Positions 1 through 9,910 of a stretch of 64,000 nucleotides of DNA are shown here, piece by piece (the stretch's first letter is position 1; each line of letters opens with the position of its first letter). The position numbers were made by a program, and so were the translations under genes. The notes beneath the pieces were generated by a model. It was not told where the DNA came from. It saw only the letters and a list, made by a program, of their open reading frames with translations, and searched no databases. Origin of the DNA: Eubacteriales bacterium (GTDB lineage: Bacteria > Bacillota > Clostridia > Oscillospirales > CAG-272); assembly GCA_045661185.1 (NCBI GenBank), contig JAZRFD010000039.1, forward strand, positions 12,713 through 76,712. Reading direction: 5' to 3'.

Positions 1-615
1 GCTCTGCGTGAGGTTTCCGCCGCACGTAAGGAGGTGCCCGGCCGCCGTGGCTATCCCGGATATCTTTACACCGACCTTGCAACCATGTACGAGCGCGCGG
101 GCAGAAAGATGGGCTCTGACGGTTCGATCACCATGATCCCGATTCTGACCATGCCCGAGGACGACAAGACCCACCCGATCCCCGACCTGACGGGATATAT
201 CACCGAGGGACAGATCATTCTCTCGCGTGAGATGTACCGAAAGGGGTATCTGCCGCCCGTAGACGTGCTTCCGTCCCTGTCGCGTTTGAAGGACAAGGGA
301 ATTGGTGAAGGGAAGACCCGTGAGGATCACGCAAGCACCATGAACCAGCTTTTTGCCGCATACGCACGCGGTAAGGAGGCGAAGGAATTGATGGTGGTTC
401 TGGGCGAGGCGGCGCTCTCTCCCATTGACCGCCTGTATGCAAAATTTGCCGATGAGTTTGAGGCACAGTATATCAATCAGGGCTTCTATGAAAACCGCTC
501 GATCGAGGAAACCTTGGATCTGGGCTGGAAGCTTCTGTCCCTGCTCCCCAAGAGCGAAATGAAGCGTATCAAGCCCGAGATGATCGAAAAGTACTGGCCG
601 AGCGAGGGCAAGTAA
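1..615 (+). CDS. ntpB: V-type ATP synthase subunit B, C-terminal part (5' end outside window)
   Basis: Frame 1 is open from base 1. The translation [34 protein letters not shown]...LPSLSRL is the conserved A/V-ATPase B-subunit core. The next gene is subunit D. Confidence 0.93.
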   Translation, partial: ALREVSAARKEVPGRRGYPGYLYTDLATMYERAGRKMGSDGSITMIPILTMPEDDKTHPIPDLTGYITEGQIILSREMYRKGYLPPVDVLPSLSRLKDKGIGEGKTREDHASTMNQLFAAYARGKEAKELMVVLGEAALSPIDRLYAKFADEFEAQYINQGFYENRSIEETLDLGWKLLSLLPKSEMKRIKPEMIEKYWPSEGK

Positions 616-616
616 T

Positions 617-1294
617 ATGGCTGAGCTCAGAGTAAATCCTACGCGTATGGAAATGAAGCGCATTCAAACGCGCTATCAAACCGCACGCAAGGGTCATAAG
701 CTGCTCAAGGATAAGCGTGACGAATTGATGAAGCAATTCCTTGACGTTGTCCGCGAGGACAAGCTTTTGCGCGAGAAGGTCGAGGCAGCGCTGACTGACG
801 TTTACCGTTCCTTTACGGTCGCAAGCGCGGTCAGCAGCCCCAAGATGCTGGAGGAAGCCCTCATTTGCCCCAAAAAAGAGGGGGAGCTGGCGATGGATTA
901 TCAAAATATCATGAGCGTTACGGTTCCTGTGTTCCGCTTGCGCGTGCTTTCCGAGGGGAATAGCGACAGCTATAACTACGGCTTGGCATTCACGTCGGGA
1001 GAGCTGGATTCCTCTTTGCGAGAGCTTAGCGGGATCATGGAGGATCTGATGCGCATGGCGGAGCTTGAGAAAACGGCGCAGCTGCTTGCCGAGGAGATCG
1101 AGCGCACCCGCCGCCGCGTCAACGCACTGGAGTATATTTTGATGCCACAGTATCTGGCCACGATCAAGTCGATCAAAATGAAGCTTGACGAAAACGAGCG
1201 CGGCAACACGACGCGACTGATGAAGGTCAAGGACATGATGATCAAGGAGCAATTGGCGCAAAGCCGTCCCGATGCGGACGAGGAAGACGAATAA
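617..1294 (+). CDS. ntpD: V-type ATP synthase subunit D
   Basis: MAELRVNPTRMEMKRIQTRYQTARKGHKLLKDKRDELM is a typical NtpD/AtpD N-terminus. The start lies 1 nt after the ntpB stop. Confidence 0.92.
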   Translation: MAELRVNPTRMEMKRIQTRYQTARKGHKLLKDKRDELMKQFLDVVREDKLLREKVEAALTDVYRSFTVASAVSSPKMLEEALICPKKEGELAMDYQNIMSVTVPVFRLRVLSEGNSDSYNYGLAFTSGELDSSLRELSGIMEDLMRMAELEKTAQLLAEEIERTRRRVNALEYILMPQYLATIKSIKMKLDENERGNTTRLMKVKDMMIKEQLAQSRPDADEEDE

Positions 1295-1298
1295 AAAA

Positions 1299-1330
1299 GG
1301 CGCGGAAGGCAATTGCCTTCCGCGTTTTTC
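1299..1330 (+). terminator. Rho-independent terminator after ntpD
   Basis: CGCGGAAGGCAA/TTGCCTTCCGCG stem followed by TTTTT. Confidence 0.8.
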
Positions 1331-1464
1331 AATATATAAACCCGTTTTTTGCAAAAAAATCCTCAAAAATTGAACGATTTGCAAAAATACTGAACGATTA
1401 TATATTGCAATATGCGCGCAAATGGTTTATAATAAAGATGTATATGGCAAAAAGGGAGGCTCTT

Positions 1465-1647
1465 ATGGCACGTATATTTGACGAGCACGTCGTTCGTCGA
1501 GTTCAACCCTTGAATGGTGCGGATATGAATGCCAAGTCCGAGGAACTCTACGCGCTTTGCCGCCGCGTTGCCGACTGTGAGGAATCCAAGAGCGAGGCGA
1601 ACGGATATTACGATATCGCAATCTTTAAGGACGGCGTCACGCTGTAA
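1465..1647 (+). CDS. Hypothetical small protein (60 aa)
   Basis: AAGGGAGG Shine-Dalgarno sits 5 nt before ATG 1465. A TTGCAA-17-TATAAT promoter lies at about 1405-1433. I recognise no family. Confidence 0.4.
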   Translation: MARIFDEHVVRRVQPLNGADMNAKSEELYALCRRVADCEESKSEANGYYDIAIFKDGVTL

Positions 1648-1752
1648 GGGACGATTATGAATGTGTTTATCGGTCATACTACAAAGATTTTTTTACGTGT
1701 CATAAAGTAATTGGATTAGTTAAAAATAATAAATATATAAAGGAGAAAAATC

Positions 1753-3144
1753 ATGAGCTACATTACCAAAGATTTTCTTTTAAACAACGAAACCGCAAAG
1801 AAGCTGTACCACGGCTATGCCGAGGAAATGCCGATCTTCGACTACCATTGTCATCTGCCCGAAAAGCAGATCCTTGAGAACAAGCCCTTCTCCGACGTGT
1901 TCGAGATCTGGCTTGCAGGCGACCACTATAAGTGGAGACTGATGAGAAACTACGGCGCGGAGGAGAAGTATATCACGGGTGACGCTTCCAATAAGGAAAA
2001 GTTCATCACCTACTGCACTGTCCTCGGCACCGCGTTCGGTAACCCCCTGTACCACTGGTCTCAGGTAGAGCTGGAGCAGTTCTTTGGTTGCACCAAGGAG
2101 ATCAACGCCGACAACGCAGAGGCAATCTGGGATGAATGCAACGCATACATTCGTGCCAACAACGTCACGCCCCAGTCCCTTATCGAGGGCTCGAACGTGG
2201 CACACCTGTTTACCACCAACGAGGTGTTTGACGATCTTTCCACCTTTGAAAAGATCAAGGAAAAGGGCTACAAGTTCACGGTCGCTCCCGCATTCAGAGC
2301 GGATAAGATCATGAACATCGAGGCGCCCCTGTACCGCACCTTCCTCGGTAAGCTTGAGGAGCAGACCCACCCGATCAAGACCATCGCAGACCTTGAAAAG
2401 GCACTTGAGATCCGCCTGCAGGCGTTCTTAAAGGTAGGCGCGAAGGCAAGTGACATTGCCGTGGAGCGCATTCTGCCCGTCACCACCGCAGAAGAAGCCG
2501 AGGCAGTTCTTGTCAAGGTTCTGGACGGCAACGCCCCCACGCTTGCAGAGTCCGAGATCTTCAAGGGCTACCTGACCTATTTCCTCATGAAGATGTACGC
2601 GCGCTACAACATCGCAACCGAGGTTCACATCGGTGCTATGCGTAACAACAACGCCGTAATGCTTGCGCGTCTCGGCCTTGACACCGGCTTTGATACCATT
2701 TCCGATACCAACAGCATCACCAACCTCTCCCGTCTGTTTGACAAGCTCAACGACGAGGGCGCGCTTCCCAAGACCATCGTGTTCAACCTCAACCCGAAGA
2801 TGAACACCGAGATCATGACGCTCAACGGTTGCTTCCAGAGTGCGGAGGCAAGAGGTAAGATGCAGTACGGCCCCGCATGGTGGTTCCTTGATAACAAGGT
2901 GGGCATGGAGCAGCATCTGCGCGACCTGACCGCAACGGGTCACCTCGCAGTCTTTGTGGGCATGCTGACCGACAGCCGCTCGCTTCTGTCATATCCTCGT
3001 CACCACTATTTCCGCCGCATTCTGTGCAACTATCTCGGCACGATGATGGAAAACGGCGAAATGACGACGAACATGGACGTTGTCGGCGCTGTCGTACGCG
3101 ACATTTCCTTCAACAACTCCGTCAACTACTTTGGCATGAACTAA
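1753..3144 (+). CDS. uxaC: Glucuronate (uronate) isomerase
   Basis: MSYITKDFLLNNETAKKLYH...PIFDYHCHL is the UxaC signature N-terminus. Length is 463 aa, with an AAAGGAG RBS. Confidence 0.93.
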   Translation: MSYITKDFLLNNETAKKLYHGYAEEMPIFDYHCHLPEKQILENKPFSDVFEIWLAGDHYKWRLMRNYGAEEKYITGDASNKEKFITYCTVLGTAFGNPLYHWSQVELEQFFGCTKEINADNAEAIWDECNAYIRANNVTPQSLIEGSNVAHLFTTNEVFDDLSTFEKIKEKGYKFTVAPAFRADKIMNIEAPLYRTFLGKLEEQTHPIKTIADLEKALEIRLQAFLKVGAKASDIAVERILPVTTAEEAEAVLVKVLDGNAPTLAESEIFKGYLTYFLMKMYARYNIATEVHIGAMRNNNAVMLARLGLDTGFDTISDTNSITNLSRLFDKLNDEGALPKTIVFNLNPKMNTEIMTLNGCFQSAEARGKMQYGPAWWFLDNKVGMEQHLRDLTATGHLAVFVGMLTDSRSLLSYPRHHYFRRILCNYLGTMMENGEMTTNMDVVGAVVRDISFNNSVNYFGMN

Positions 3145-3153
3145 ACACAAAAA

Positions 3154-3205
3154 GGGGGTGAGTCAAATGCGAAAACGCATTTGGTACTCACCCCCGTCGT
3201 TTTTA
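3154..3205 (+). terminator. Terminator after uxaC
   Basis: GGGGGTGAGT...ACTCACCCCC stem with a nested AAATGCG..CGCATTT hairpin, then GTCGTTTTT. Confidence 0.75.
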
Positions 3206-3335
3206 CTTTGCGGCTAAACGCCGCAATTTTCGCCCATTGTTGGCAAAAAAATAGAGAAAGCAAGCGAAAACCGCAAATTCCGCGCATCAAAAAAGCCTAC
3301 CGTCGGCTTTTTTGTGCAGGTGCTGAGTCAATGAC

Positions 3336-4055
3336 TCAGCACCTTTTTTGCCCCGTAAATTTTTCAAGCAGGGCTTGTATTTTTTTGATTTTCAAAACGA
3401 AGAAGAGAATCGTCGCACCGCCCACGTTCAGAATCAGATCGTCCACGTCGCACGAGCCCACCATAAACGCAAACTGGAGCGCTTCCACCGCGGCAACGGT
3501 CAGAAGCATCGTGGGAAGAAAAACGTACCAACGCCGCTGAAGCGGGAAAAAGTAGGGTAGGAAAAGAGCAAACGGCATAAAGGCGCAAACGTTTCCCAAC
3601 AGATTGAGCAGAATATAATAGACGGGAATATATCCGTGAATAATGCTTTTGATATAGACCTCGTAAATGCTTTGGAGGGGACGGAGATTAACAAACCAGC
3701 GCAGATAATAGTCGCGATCGAATTGCAGACGGTCGGTACGCCCCATCCCCTTGTCGAGAAGCGTAAAATTGAGGATCAGATAAAGGTAGACCGCAAAAAA
3801 GAGCCACATCAGGCGCGAATAGACGCGACGGTCGCCCGTTCGGTCAACGCGCAACGCGCCGCCAAGATAAAACAGGGTGCAGATGAGAAGGGCAAGCGTG
3901 ATGCAAAGGAGGGGGGAGCGCGGAACGCGGTCGGCGTTAAGGTGCCCCAGAAGCTCCGACAGAGCAAACAGAAGCAAAAAAAGAGATGCCGCCAAAAAAA
4001 CACGCGCGTCGGCATACTTTAACGCATTCCGACACCGTTCGAGCAACTTTTTCAC
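3336..4055 (-). CDS. VanZ-like family membrane protein
   Basis: Multi-TM protein. The C-terminal EALQFAFMVGSCDVDDLILNVGGA matches the VanZ motif. I chose GTG 4055 as the start because AAGGAGG lies 7 nt upstream; the longer ORF to 4259 has no RBS. Confidence 0.7.
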   Translation of the reverse strand: MKKLLERCRNALKYADARVFLAASLFLLLFALSELLGHLNADRVPRSPLLCITLALLICTLFYLGGALRVDRTGDRRVYSRLMWLFFAVYLYLILNFTLLDKGMGRTDRLQFDRDYYLRWFVNLRPLQSIYEVYIKSIIHGYIPVYYILLNLLGNVCAFMPFALFLPYFFPLQRRWYVFLPTMLLTVAAVEALQFAFMVGSCDVDDLILNVGGATILFFVLKIKKIQALLEKFTGQKRC

Positions 4056-4200
4056 ATTCCCGCCTCCTTTCCAAGCTTCTAATAAAAGTATAACAGAAAA
4101 GCGCCGAAAAGTCCATAGGTTTCGCGAAAAAACAGGCTTTACAAATGCAAAAAAATATGGTACAATAAAGGTGCAATATAAATTTGAAAGGAATTGAAGC

Positions 4201-5088
4201 ATGGATACAACTCTGGTTATTCTCGCGGCAGGATTGGGGAGCCGCTTTGGCGGAAACAAGCAGATCTCTCACGTAGGCCCTCACGACGAGATCCTGATGG
4301 AATATTCCATCCGCGACGCGATCGCTGCGGGCTTTACGCAGATCGTTTTTATCCTGAAATCGGACATGGTGGACTTGATCCGCGAAACGGTTGGCAAGAA
4401 GATTGAAGGCCGTGTACGCGTGGATTATGCCGTGCAGGACGACACGACCCTGCCCACATGGTACACCCGCCCCGCCGATCGCACCAAGCCCTTTGGAACG
4501 GTTCATGCCGTGCTTTGCGCGCGTGACGTGATTCGCGGTCCGTTTGCAACCGTCAACGCGGACGACTACTACGGAAAAGAAGCCTTCAAAATCATGCACG
4601 GCCTCTTGACACGCCTTGGCTCCAAGCGTGACGCGGCGATCGTGCCGTATATCCTTGGTAACACCATGAGCGAAAACGGCGGCGTGACGCGCGGAATCTG
4701 CCGCGTGGAAAACGGAAAGCTGATGGACGTCGTGGAAACAAAAAATATCGAATACGCACCCGACAGAAGCATCATCAGTGACGGCGGCGCGCTCTCACCC
4801 GATGAAATGGTTTCTATGAATATGTGGGGCTTCCACAAGGATCTTCTTGACGATATGAACACCTATTTCGAGGACTTTTTGCGTGCGATCCCCGAGGGAG
4901 ACGTCAAGGCGGAATGCCTGCTTCCCATCATGGTAGGGGAATTTTTGGCGGCAGGGGAGCTGACCGTTACCGCAAAAACCTCGCCCGATCGTTGGTTTGG
5001 CATTACCTATCAGGCCGACCGCGAAGCCGTTATGGAAAGCCTCAAGGAGCTGCACGACAACGGCACCTATCCCGCACAGCTGTTTTAA
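4201..5088 (+). CDS. Sugar-phosphate nucleotidyltransferase family protein
   Basis: The N-terminal LVILAAGLGSRFGGNKQ matches the GxGxRf NTP-transferase loop. Substrate is unknown. Confidence 0.75.
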   Translation: MDTTLVILAAGLGSRFGGNKQISHVGPHDEILMEYSIRDAIAAGFTQIVFILKSDMVDLIRETVGKKIEGRVRVDYAVQDDTTLPTWYTRPADRTKPFGTVHAVLCARDVIRGPFATVNADDYYGKEAFKIMHGLLTRLGSKRDAAIVPYILGNTMSENGGVTRGICRVENGKLMDVVETKNIEYAPDRSIISDGGALSPDEMVSMNMWGFHKDLLDDMNTYFEDFLRAIPEGDVKAECLLPIMVGEFLAAGELTVTAKTSPDRWFGITYQADREAVMESLKELHDNGTYPAQLF

Positions 5089-5089
5089 T

Positions 5090-5126
5090 AAAAAAGACTT
5101 GGATCGTTTGATCCAAGTCTTTTTTA
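5090..5126 (+). terminator. Rho-independent terminator
   Basis: AAGACTTGGATC-GTTT-GATCCAAGTCTT stem followed by TTTTT. Confidence 0.85.
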
Positions 5127-5325
5127 TGGCGCATCTTGCTTCGACTCGCTTTGACAAAATCCATCAAAAAATTCAACGCCGAAGGGTGCTACGCAGTTTT
5201 ACGTGAGCAAATATTCGTCGGATACAAGGAAAAAAAGCGAAGCAATATAAGATATTGCAAGAATTTTTTCTGTAGCAGGCGCGGATATTTGCCACATAAA
5301 ACCGTATGAGTTCGGCTCTCTTCGG

Positions 5326-6858
5326 CTATAGCAATCCCCGCATCCAAGAAAGATCCTCGCGCTCCAAAGCACCCGTCAAGCGCAAAAGCAAAAGGTAGAG
5401 AAAAAGCACCATTAAGCAGTGAAGCGTGATCGAAAGAGGGGCGGATGGGATATGGAGGGGCAGGAGAGAGAGCAGCAGCCGCACGGCACAGGTTGCTCCC
5501 ACAATGGAAAGAAGCGGCTTGTAGACCCATTTTGCAAGACGAACAGTCGGGGCGCTGATCGAAAGCAGATGCGTGATGCTGAACACCGTGTTAAAGGTTT
5601 CGGAAAAATAGATGGTGAACAAATACCCGTCAATACCGTATCGGGGCACCAGAAAATACACGAGAATGACCGAGATCAGCGCGTCCGCAATGTTGATCTT
5701 CATCGAATAGACCTGCTCGCCCAGCCCCTTCATCATAGCGTCGGTTGCCGTGTCCACGTACATAATGGGGATCAAGGGCGCTAAAAGGCGGATATAGGTC
5801 GCGGCATCGGTCGCGGGGTAGAGAGCATTTCCAATCTCCTCCGAAAAGCAGATCAAAATGCCCGCCACACCGATCGAAAAAAACGCGGAGAGGGACCAGA
5901 CGCGTGAGATCATGTAGCGAATGTGACGGCGACTGTTTTGTATTTCCGCCTCGGCAAGCTCGGGCACAAGAAGCCCCGAAAACGAGGCGATCAGGGCGGC
6001 AGGGTAAAGGATGACGGGAAGCGCCATGCTTTGAATGCTTCCATAAGCGATCAAGGCGGCGGTGTGGCTGGCACCGCTGTTGCGAAGCCCCTCGGGGATC
6101 AGCACGTGCTGAAGCGTCAGAAGCCCCGAGCGCGCGTAGGTCGTCAGCGCAATGGGGAGCGTGATGGAAAGAAGCTTGCGCGTTTGAGAAACGCCGCACT
6201 CCGACCGCTGAAAGTGCTTTTTTCGGTCCCATTGGTAGAGAATCAGCTCGATCAAAAAGGAAAAGATCTCGGCAACAGCACCACCCAGCACCAAAAGACA
6301 GCAAACGCTCTCCACACTATCGGAAAAAAGGGCGGTCAGTAGAAGCATCGTCGCCGCAATTTTCGCGCCCTGCTCCAAAACCTGCACCGCGGCATTTTTG
6401 TAGGGGCGGCGAACGGCGGTAAAGTACCCGCCCCATGCCGAGGAGAGAGAAATGAGCGGAAGCGTCAGCGATAACAGGCGAAGCGAGGGGATCGTGCGCG
6501 CGTCCTTGAGCCACAGTAGCCCAATCGGTCGGGCGAGCGTGAGAAGAAGGGCGGAAGCAAGACAACCGAAAAAAAGCGCGTACAGCGTGGCGCGTCGCAT
6601 GGCGGGGCGAACGCGCTCGGGATGTCCGTCGCCCACGGCATCCACCACAAGGCGGGTCACGCCAAGGTGGATCCCCGAGGTGGCAAGCGTCAGGGCAAAG
6701 CCGTATACGCCCGAAAGCAGGGAAAACAGTCCCATGGCTTCTGCGCCTGCGCGGTTGGAAATATAGACCTGAAACGTAACACCCACCGTGCGCATCAGCA
6801 GGGAGGCCGCGGTCAGGAGCATTGCATTTTTAAAGAGCTGCTTGGCGTGAGATTTCAT
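5326..6858 (-). CDS. spoVB: Stage V sporulation protein B / MOP-family (MurJ-like) flippase
   Basis: 510 aa with about 14 TM segments. The N-terminus FKNAMLLTAASLLMRTVGVTFQVYISNRAGAEAMGLF is typical of SpoVB. Confidence 0.8.
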   Translation of the reverse strand: MKSHAKQLFKNAMLLTAASLLMRTVGVTFQVYISNRAGAEAMGLFSLLSGVYGFALTLATSGIHLGVTRLVVDAVGDGHPERVRPAMRRATLYALFFGCLASALLLTLARPIGLLWLKDARTIPSLRLLSLTLPLISLSSAWGGYFTAVRRPYKNAAVQVLEQGAKIAATMLLLTALFSDSVESVCCLLVLGGAVAEIFSFLIELILYQWDRKKHFQRSECGVSQTRKLLSITLPIALTTYARSGLLTLQHVLIPEGLRNSGASHTAALIAYGSIQSMALPVILYPAALIASFSGLLVPELAEAEIQNSRRHIRYMISRVWSLSAFFSIGVAGILICFSEEIGNALYPATDAATYIRLLAPLIPIMYVDTATDAMMKGLGEQVYSMKINIADALISVILVYFLVPRYGIDGYLFTIYFSETFNTVFSITHLLSISAPTVRLAKWVYKPLLSIVGATCAVRLLLSLLPLHIPSAPLSITLHCLMVLFLYLLLLRLTGALEREDLSWMRGLL

Positions 6859-7041
6859 GTTGAATGGGTACCTCGCTTTGATCTGTACATCATTCTATGA
6901 AAAACGCGCCCGAAATATTTTCTTTTTCGGTCACAAAGAGCACGGCAGCCGCATAAAACGGTAAAAAGCACGGAAAAATCAAACAAAGATATTGATATAT
7001 GATATTACATGCAAAATATAAAAGCAAAAAGGAGTATGCGT

Positions 7042-7227
7042 ATGACGGTCTACGTGTGTGAACTGTGTGGCTATGAGTACGATCCGCGTTTAGGCGACGT
7101 GGATGGCGGAGTAGAGGAGAATACGGATTTTGAAGACTTGCCCGAGAATTGGGTTTGTCCCTTGTGCGGCGCGGGAAAGGAAGACTTTGCAGAGGAAATT
7201 CGCGAGCTGGACGACGAGGATCTTTAA
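7042..7227 (+). CDS. Rubredoxin
   Basis: Two CxxC pairs (VCELCG ... WVCPLCG) with the YEYDP motif. GGAG lies 7 nt before ATG 7042. The ORF track's upstream ATG 7009 has no RBS. Confidence 0.9.
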   Translation: MTVYVCELCGYEYDPRLGDVDGGVEENTDFEDLPENWVCPLCGAGKEDFAEEIRELDDEDL

Positions 7228-7228
7228 T

Positions 7229-7638
7229 GAAAAAAGCGAGGCAAAAGGTACGTACTCTTAAGGACAGTTTTTGAAATTTAATAGAATACGTTACCTACCG
7301 ACAGGAGGATAGAGGATGTTTTATGTTCTCTGTCCTTTTGTTTATCTCGCGGAAGGTAAAAATAGCCTCCCTTGTGCAAAGGGAGGTGGCACGCGTTAGC
7401 GTGACGGAGGGATTGTAAAAGGTAGGATTTTCGCTAAAAACAATCCCTCAGCCGCCTTCGGCGTCAGCTCCCTTTACACAAGGGAGCCTTTTTTATGTTC
7501 ATCTATGACTTGTCAAATTTCCTGACAAGCACTGCTTTTGTGGACACAAAAGCAAAATACGGCATACCTCTTTTGAGATATACCGTATTCTTGCAAAACA
7601 GTCCTTTAGGGTACGACCCCAAGGCCTCGCTTTTTTTG
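7229..7638. repeat. Nested imperfect palindrome / multi-hairpin element in the convergent intergenic region
   Basis: Outer arms are AAAAAAGCGAGGC (7230-7242) and GCCTCGCTTTTTTT (7624-7637). The second layer is GGTACGTACTCTTAAGGACAGTTTTTG versus CAAAACAGTCCTTTAGGGTACGACC. Inside are at least 8 local hairpins. See findings. Confidence 0.7.
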
Positions 7639-7651
7639 TAGCGGTTTTACG

Positions 7652-8263
7652 TTATGCCAACGCGCCGAGCTGATACACCGCGTTTTCGGCACAGAGCACG
7701 CGACCGTGCTCGGAGAGATAGATCCGCAATAGCGTAGCATTTTCGATTGCTCCGTATTCCGTAATGAATTGCAGCTCATCGGGGGTGGAAAAGGGGCTTT
7801 CGGAAAGAATGGTCAGTAGCAGATAGTAACGGTCAGACACGTCAACGTAAGCGCTGTTGCTGCCTATGTAGCCGATTGCTGACAACCGATGACAGACCGC
7901 GAGAAGCGAGGAAAGATCGGGAAAGCGGTAGGCACATTCGCGGTGAAAGGCACCGCGCAGGCTTTTGGGGCGTAATTGCAGAGATTGTGTCTGCGGGCTC
8001 GCGCTTCGATCACAGCCGCTCGGCATTCGGCTGATGAACATTTCACACCCGCCCTCGCGTGAGGGGAAATATTGTACCGAGATCTGGTGATCGTCCGCCT
8101 CAAAGTCGGTCTGCTTTTTGATCTCCTCTAAAAGATGCTTGAAGGAGCGGTGCATACCTGCACTGTCCTCGGGGAAGGTGTCGGGGTTCAGCTCAAAGTG
8201 GCGCATATCCGTCGGAGTCAGCATGATTTTCAGTTTGCGGTCGCTGATACGTATCAGTTCCAT
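7652..8263 (-). CDS. mecA: Adaptor protein MecA
   Basis: MELIRISDRKLKIMLTPTDMRHFEL is the MecA N-terminal signature. AAAGGAG RBS present. Confidence 0.85.
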   Translation of the reverse strand: MELIRISDRKLKIMLTPTDMRHFELNPDTFPEDSAGMHRSFKHLLEEIKKQTDFEADDHQISVQYFPSREGGCEMFISRMPSGCDRSASPQTQSLQLRPKSLRGAFHRECAYRFPDLSSLLAVCHRLSAIGYIGSNSAYVDVSDRYYLLLTILSESPFSTPDELQFITEYGAIENATLLRIYLSEHGRVLCAENAVYQLGALA

Positions 8264-8422
8264 GCAAGGGTCACTCCTTTCGGTTTCGGGGCTCGGGGCC
8301 CCGTTCTTATATATATTATAATCCGTAAGCCGCCCAAAGGGAACCCCTAAAAATATGGTAATTTGTTGACAGAATGAACGGAGTGTGATAAAATATAGAA
8401 AAAGACGGAAAGGACTGGGACT

Positions 8423-9910
8423 ATGATACCGATCACAGACGTAAAAATCATGCGCGCGTGCGATGCCGCAACGATCGCGGGCGGTACCTCGGGGCGTGAG
8501 CTGATGCGGCGCGCGGGGGAAGGAATTCTAGCGGTGCACGATTGGACAGGACGCGTGGGGATCCTGTGCGGAAGCGGCAACAACGCGGGCGACGGCTACG
8601 TGCTGGCTCTTTTGCTCAACGCGCGCGGAGTCGACGTAACGCTCATTCTGCTCGGCAACCGCTTTTCCGAGGACGGCGAGTATTATTTCGCGCAGTGCCG
8701 TGACGCGGGCATTCCCACACAAGCCTATACAGAAAGCACCGATCTTTCAGCGTATGAAACGCTTGTCGATTGCATCTATGGAACGGGATTTTACGGAGAA
8801 CTCACGGGTCTTGTCGCACACGCGTGCCAAGCGATCAATCAAAGCGGCGCGTTCGTGATCTCGGCTGATATCAATAGCGGATTGAACGGTGACAACGGGC
8901 AGGGAACGCTTTGTGTGCGCTCGGGTCTGACGGTTTCGATCGGCACTTATAAAAGCGGTCTGTTTTTGGGGCGCGCCAAGGATGTCATCGGTGCGCGTAC
9001 CAACGTGGATATCGGAATCAAAATGTCCGAGCCAACGGTGTTTTTAGCACAGGCAGGCGATTTTAAACACATCTTAAGGGCGCGCCCCGGTACCTCTCAT
9101 AAAGGGAATTACGGCTATATAACGGTGATGGGCGGCTCGCGCGAATATGCGGGCGCTGCCAAGCTTGCCAACATGAGCGCGGCGGCTCTGCGGGCGGGGT
9201 GCGGTGTCGCGCAGCTGGCCGTACCGGAGTCCGTCGCCAATGCGGTGGCACCGTATCTTCTCGAAAGCACGCTGTTACCGATCCCATCGGATGAAACGGG
9301 GCATATGCAATACGTTCCCACACTGCTTGATGCAATGCTTTCGCGGCAGGCGGCAATTGCGGTTGGTATGGGTTGGGGAAAATCTGACTCGCATGCCAAA
9401 ATTTTAGAGTATCTTTTGCTAAACGGAAGCACGTCTCTCGTGATCGACGCCGACGGCCTCAACACCCTGGCGCTCATGGATAAAGAGATTCTTAAAAAAA
9501 CGGCTTGCCACGTAGTGCTAACACCGCATCTGAAGGAATTTGAACGACTTTCGGGGCTTTCAATAGATGAAATTTTGAAGGACCCGATCACCCACGCGCG
9601 CACGTTTGCCAAGGAATACGGCGTTGTATTGCTGCTCAAGGGTGCGTGCACGGTTGTGACCGATGGGGCACGCACGGTTTTGGTAGATCGCGGCTGCGCG
9701 GGTATGGCGACCGCAGGGAGCGGTGACGTCCTCTCGGGAATCTTGGCGGGGCTTCTTGGTTACAATGACGTTAGTGTCGACACCGTTGCCTGCGGCGCCT
9801 TTGTCGCGGGGCTGGCGGGGGAATTGGCACAGGCCGATACCAACGCGATCAGTATGCTCTCCTCGGATACCGTGGCGCATATTGCTTCTGCGGTGTCTTT
9901 GATGGTTTGA
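8423..9910 (+). CDS. nnr: Bifunctional NAD(P)H-hydrate repair enzyme (epimerase/dehydratase)
   Basis: N-terminal YjeF_N domain (GSGNNAGDGYV) followed by a C-terminal carbohydrate-kinase-like domain (GSGDVLSGI). A TTGACA-17-TAAAAT promoter lies upstream. Confidence 0.9.
   Translation: MIPITDVKIMRACDAATIAGGTSGRELMRRAGEGILAVHDWTGRVGILCGSGNNAGDGYVLALLLNARGVDVTLILLGNRFSEDGEYYFAQCRDAGIPTQAYTESTDLSAYETLVDCIYGTGFYGELTGLVAHACQAINQSGAFVISADINSGLNGDNGQGTLCVRSGLTVSIGTYKSGLFLGRAKDVIGARTNVDIGIKMSEPTVFLAQAGDFKHILRARPGTSHKGNYGYITVMGGSREYAGAAKLANMSAAALRAGCGVAQLAVPESVANAVAPYLLESTLLPIPSDETGHMQYVPTLLDAMLSRQAAIAVGMGWGKSDSHAKILEYLLLNGSTSLVIDADGLNTLALMDKEILKKTACHVVLTPHLKEFERLSGLSIDEILKDPITHARTFAKEYGVVLLLKGACTVVTDGARTVLVDRGCAGMATAGSGDVLSGILAGLLGYNDVSVDTVACGAFVAGLAGELAQADTNAISMLSSDTVAHIASAVSLMV

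Noticed and set aside
3181-3540. 119-aa plus-strand ORF after uxaC
   Set aside because: It begins inside the uxaC terminator, spans two terminators and overlaps the VanZ-like gene antisense. It has no RBS.
7495-7638. 47-codon plus-strand ORF (MFIYDLSNFLTST...) inside the palindromic element
   Set aside because: It starts inside the T-run of a terminator-like hairpin and runs through three hairpins into the outer arm, so it is more likely non-coding. The 27-codon sORF at 7316-7399 has a better RBS, but I report it only within the finding.
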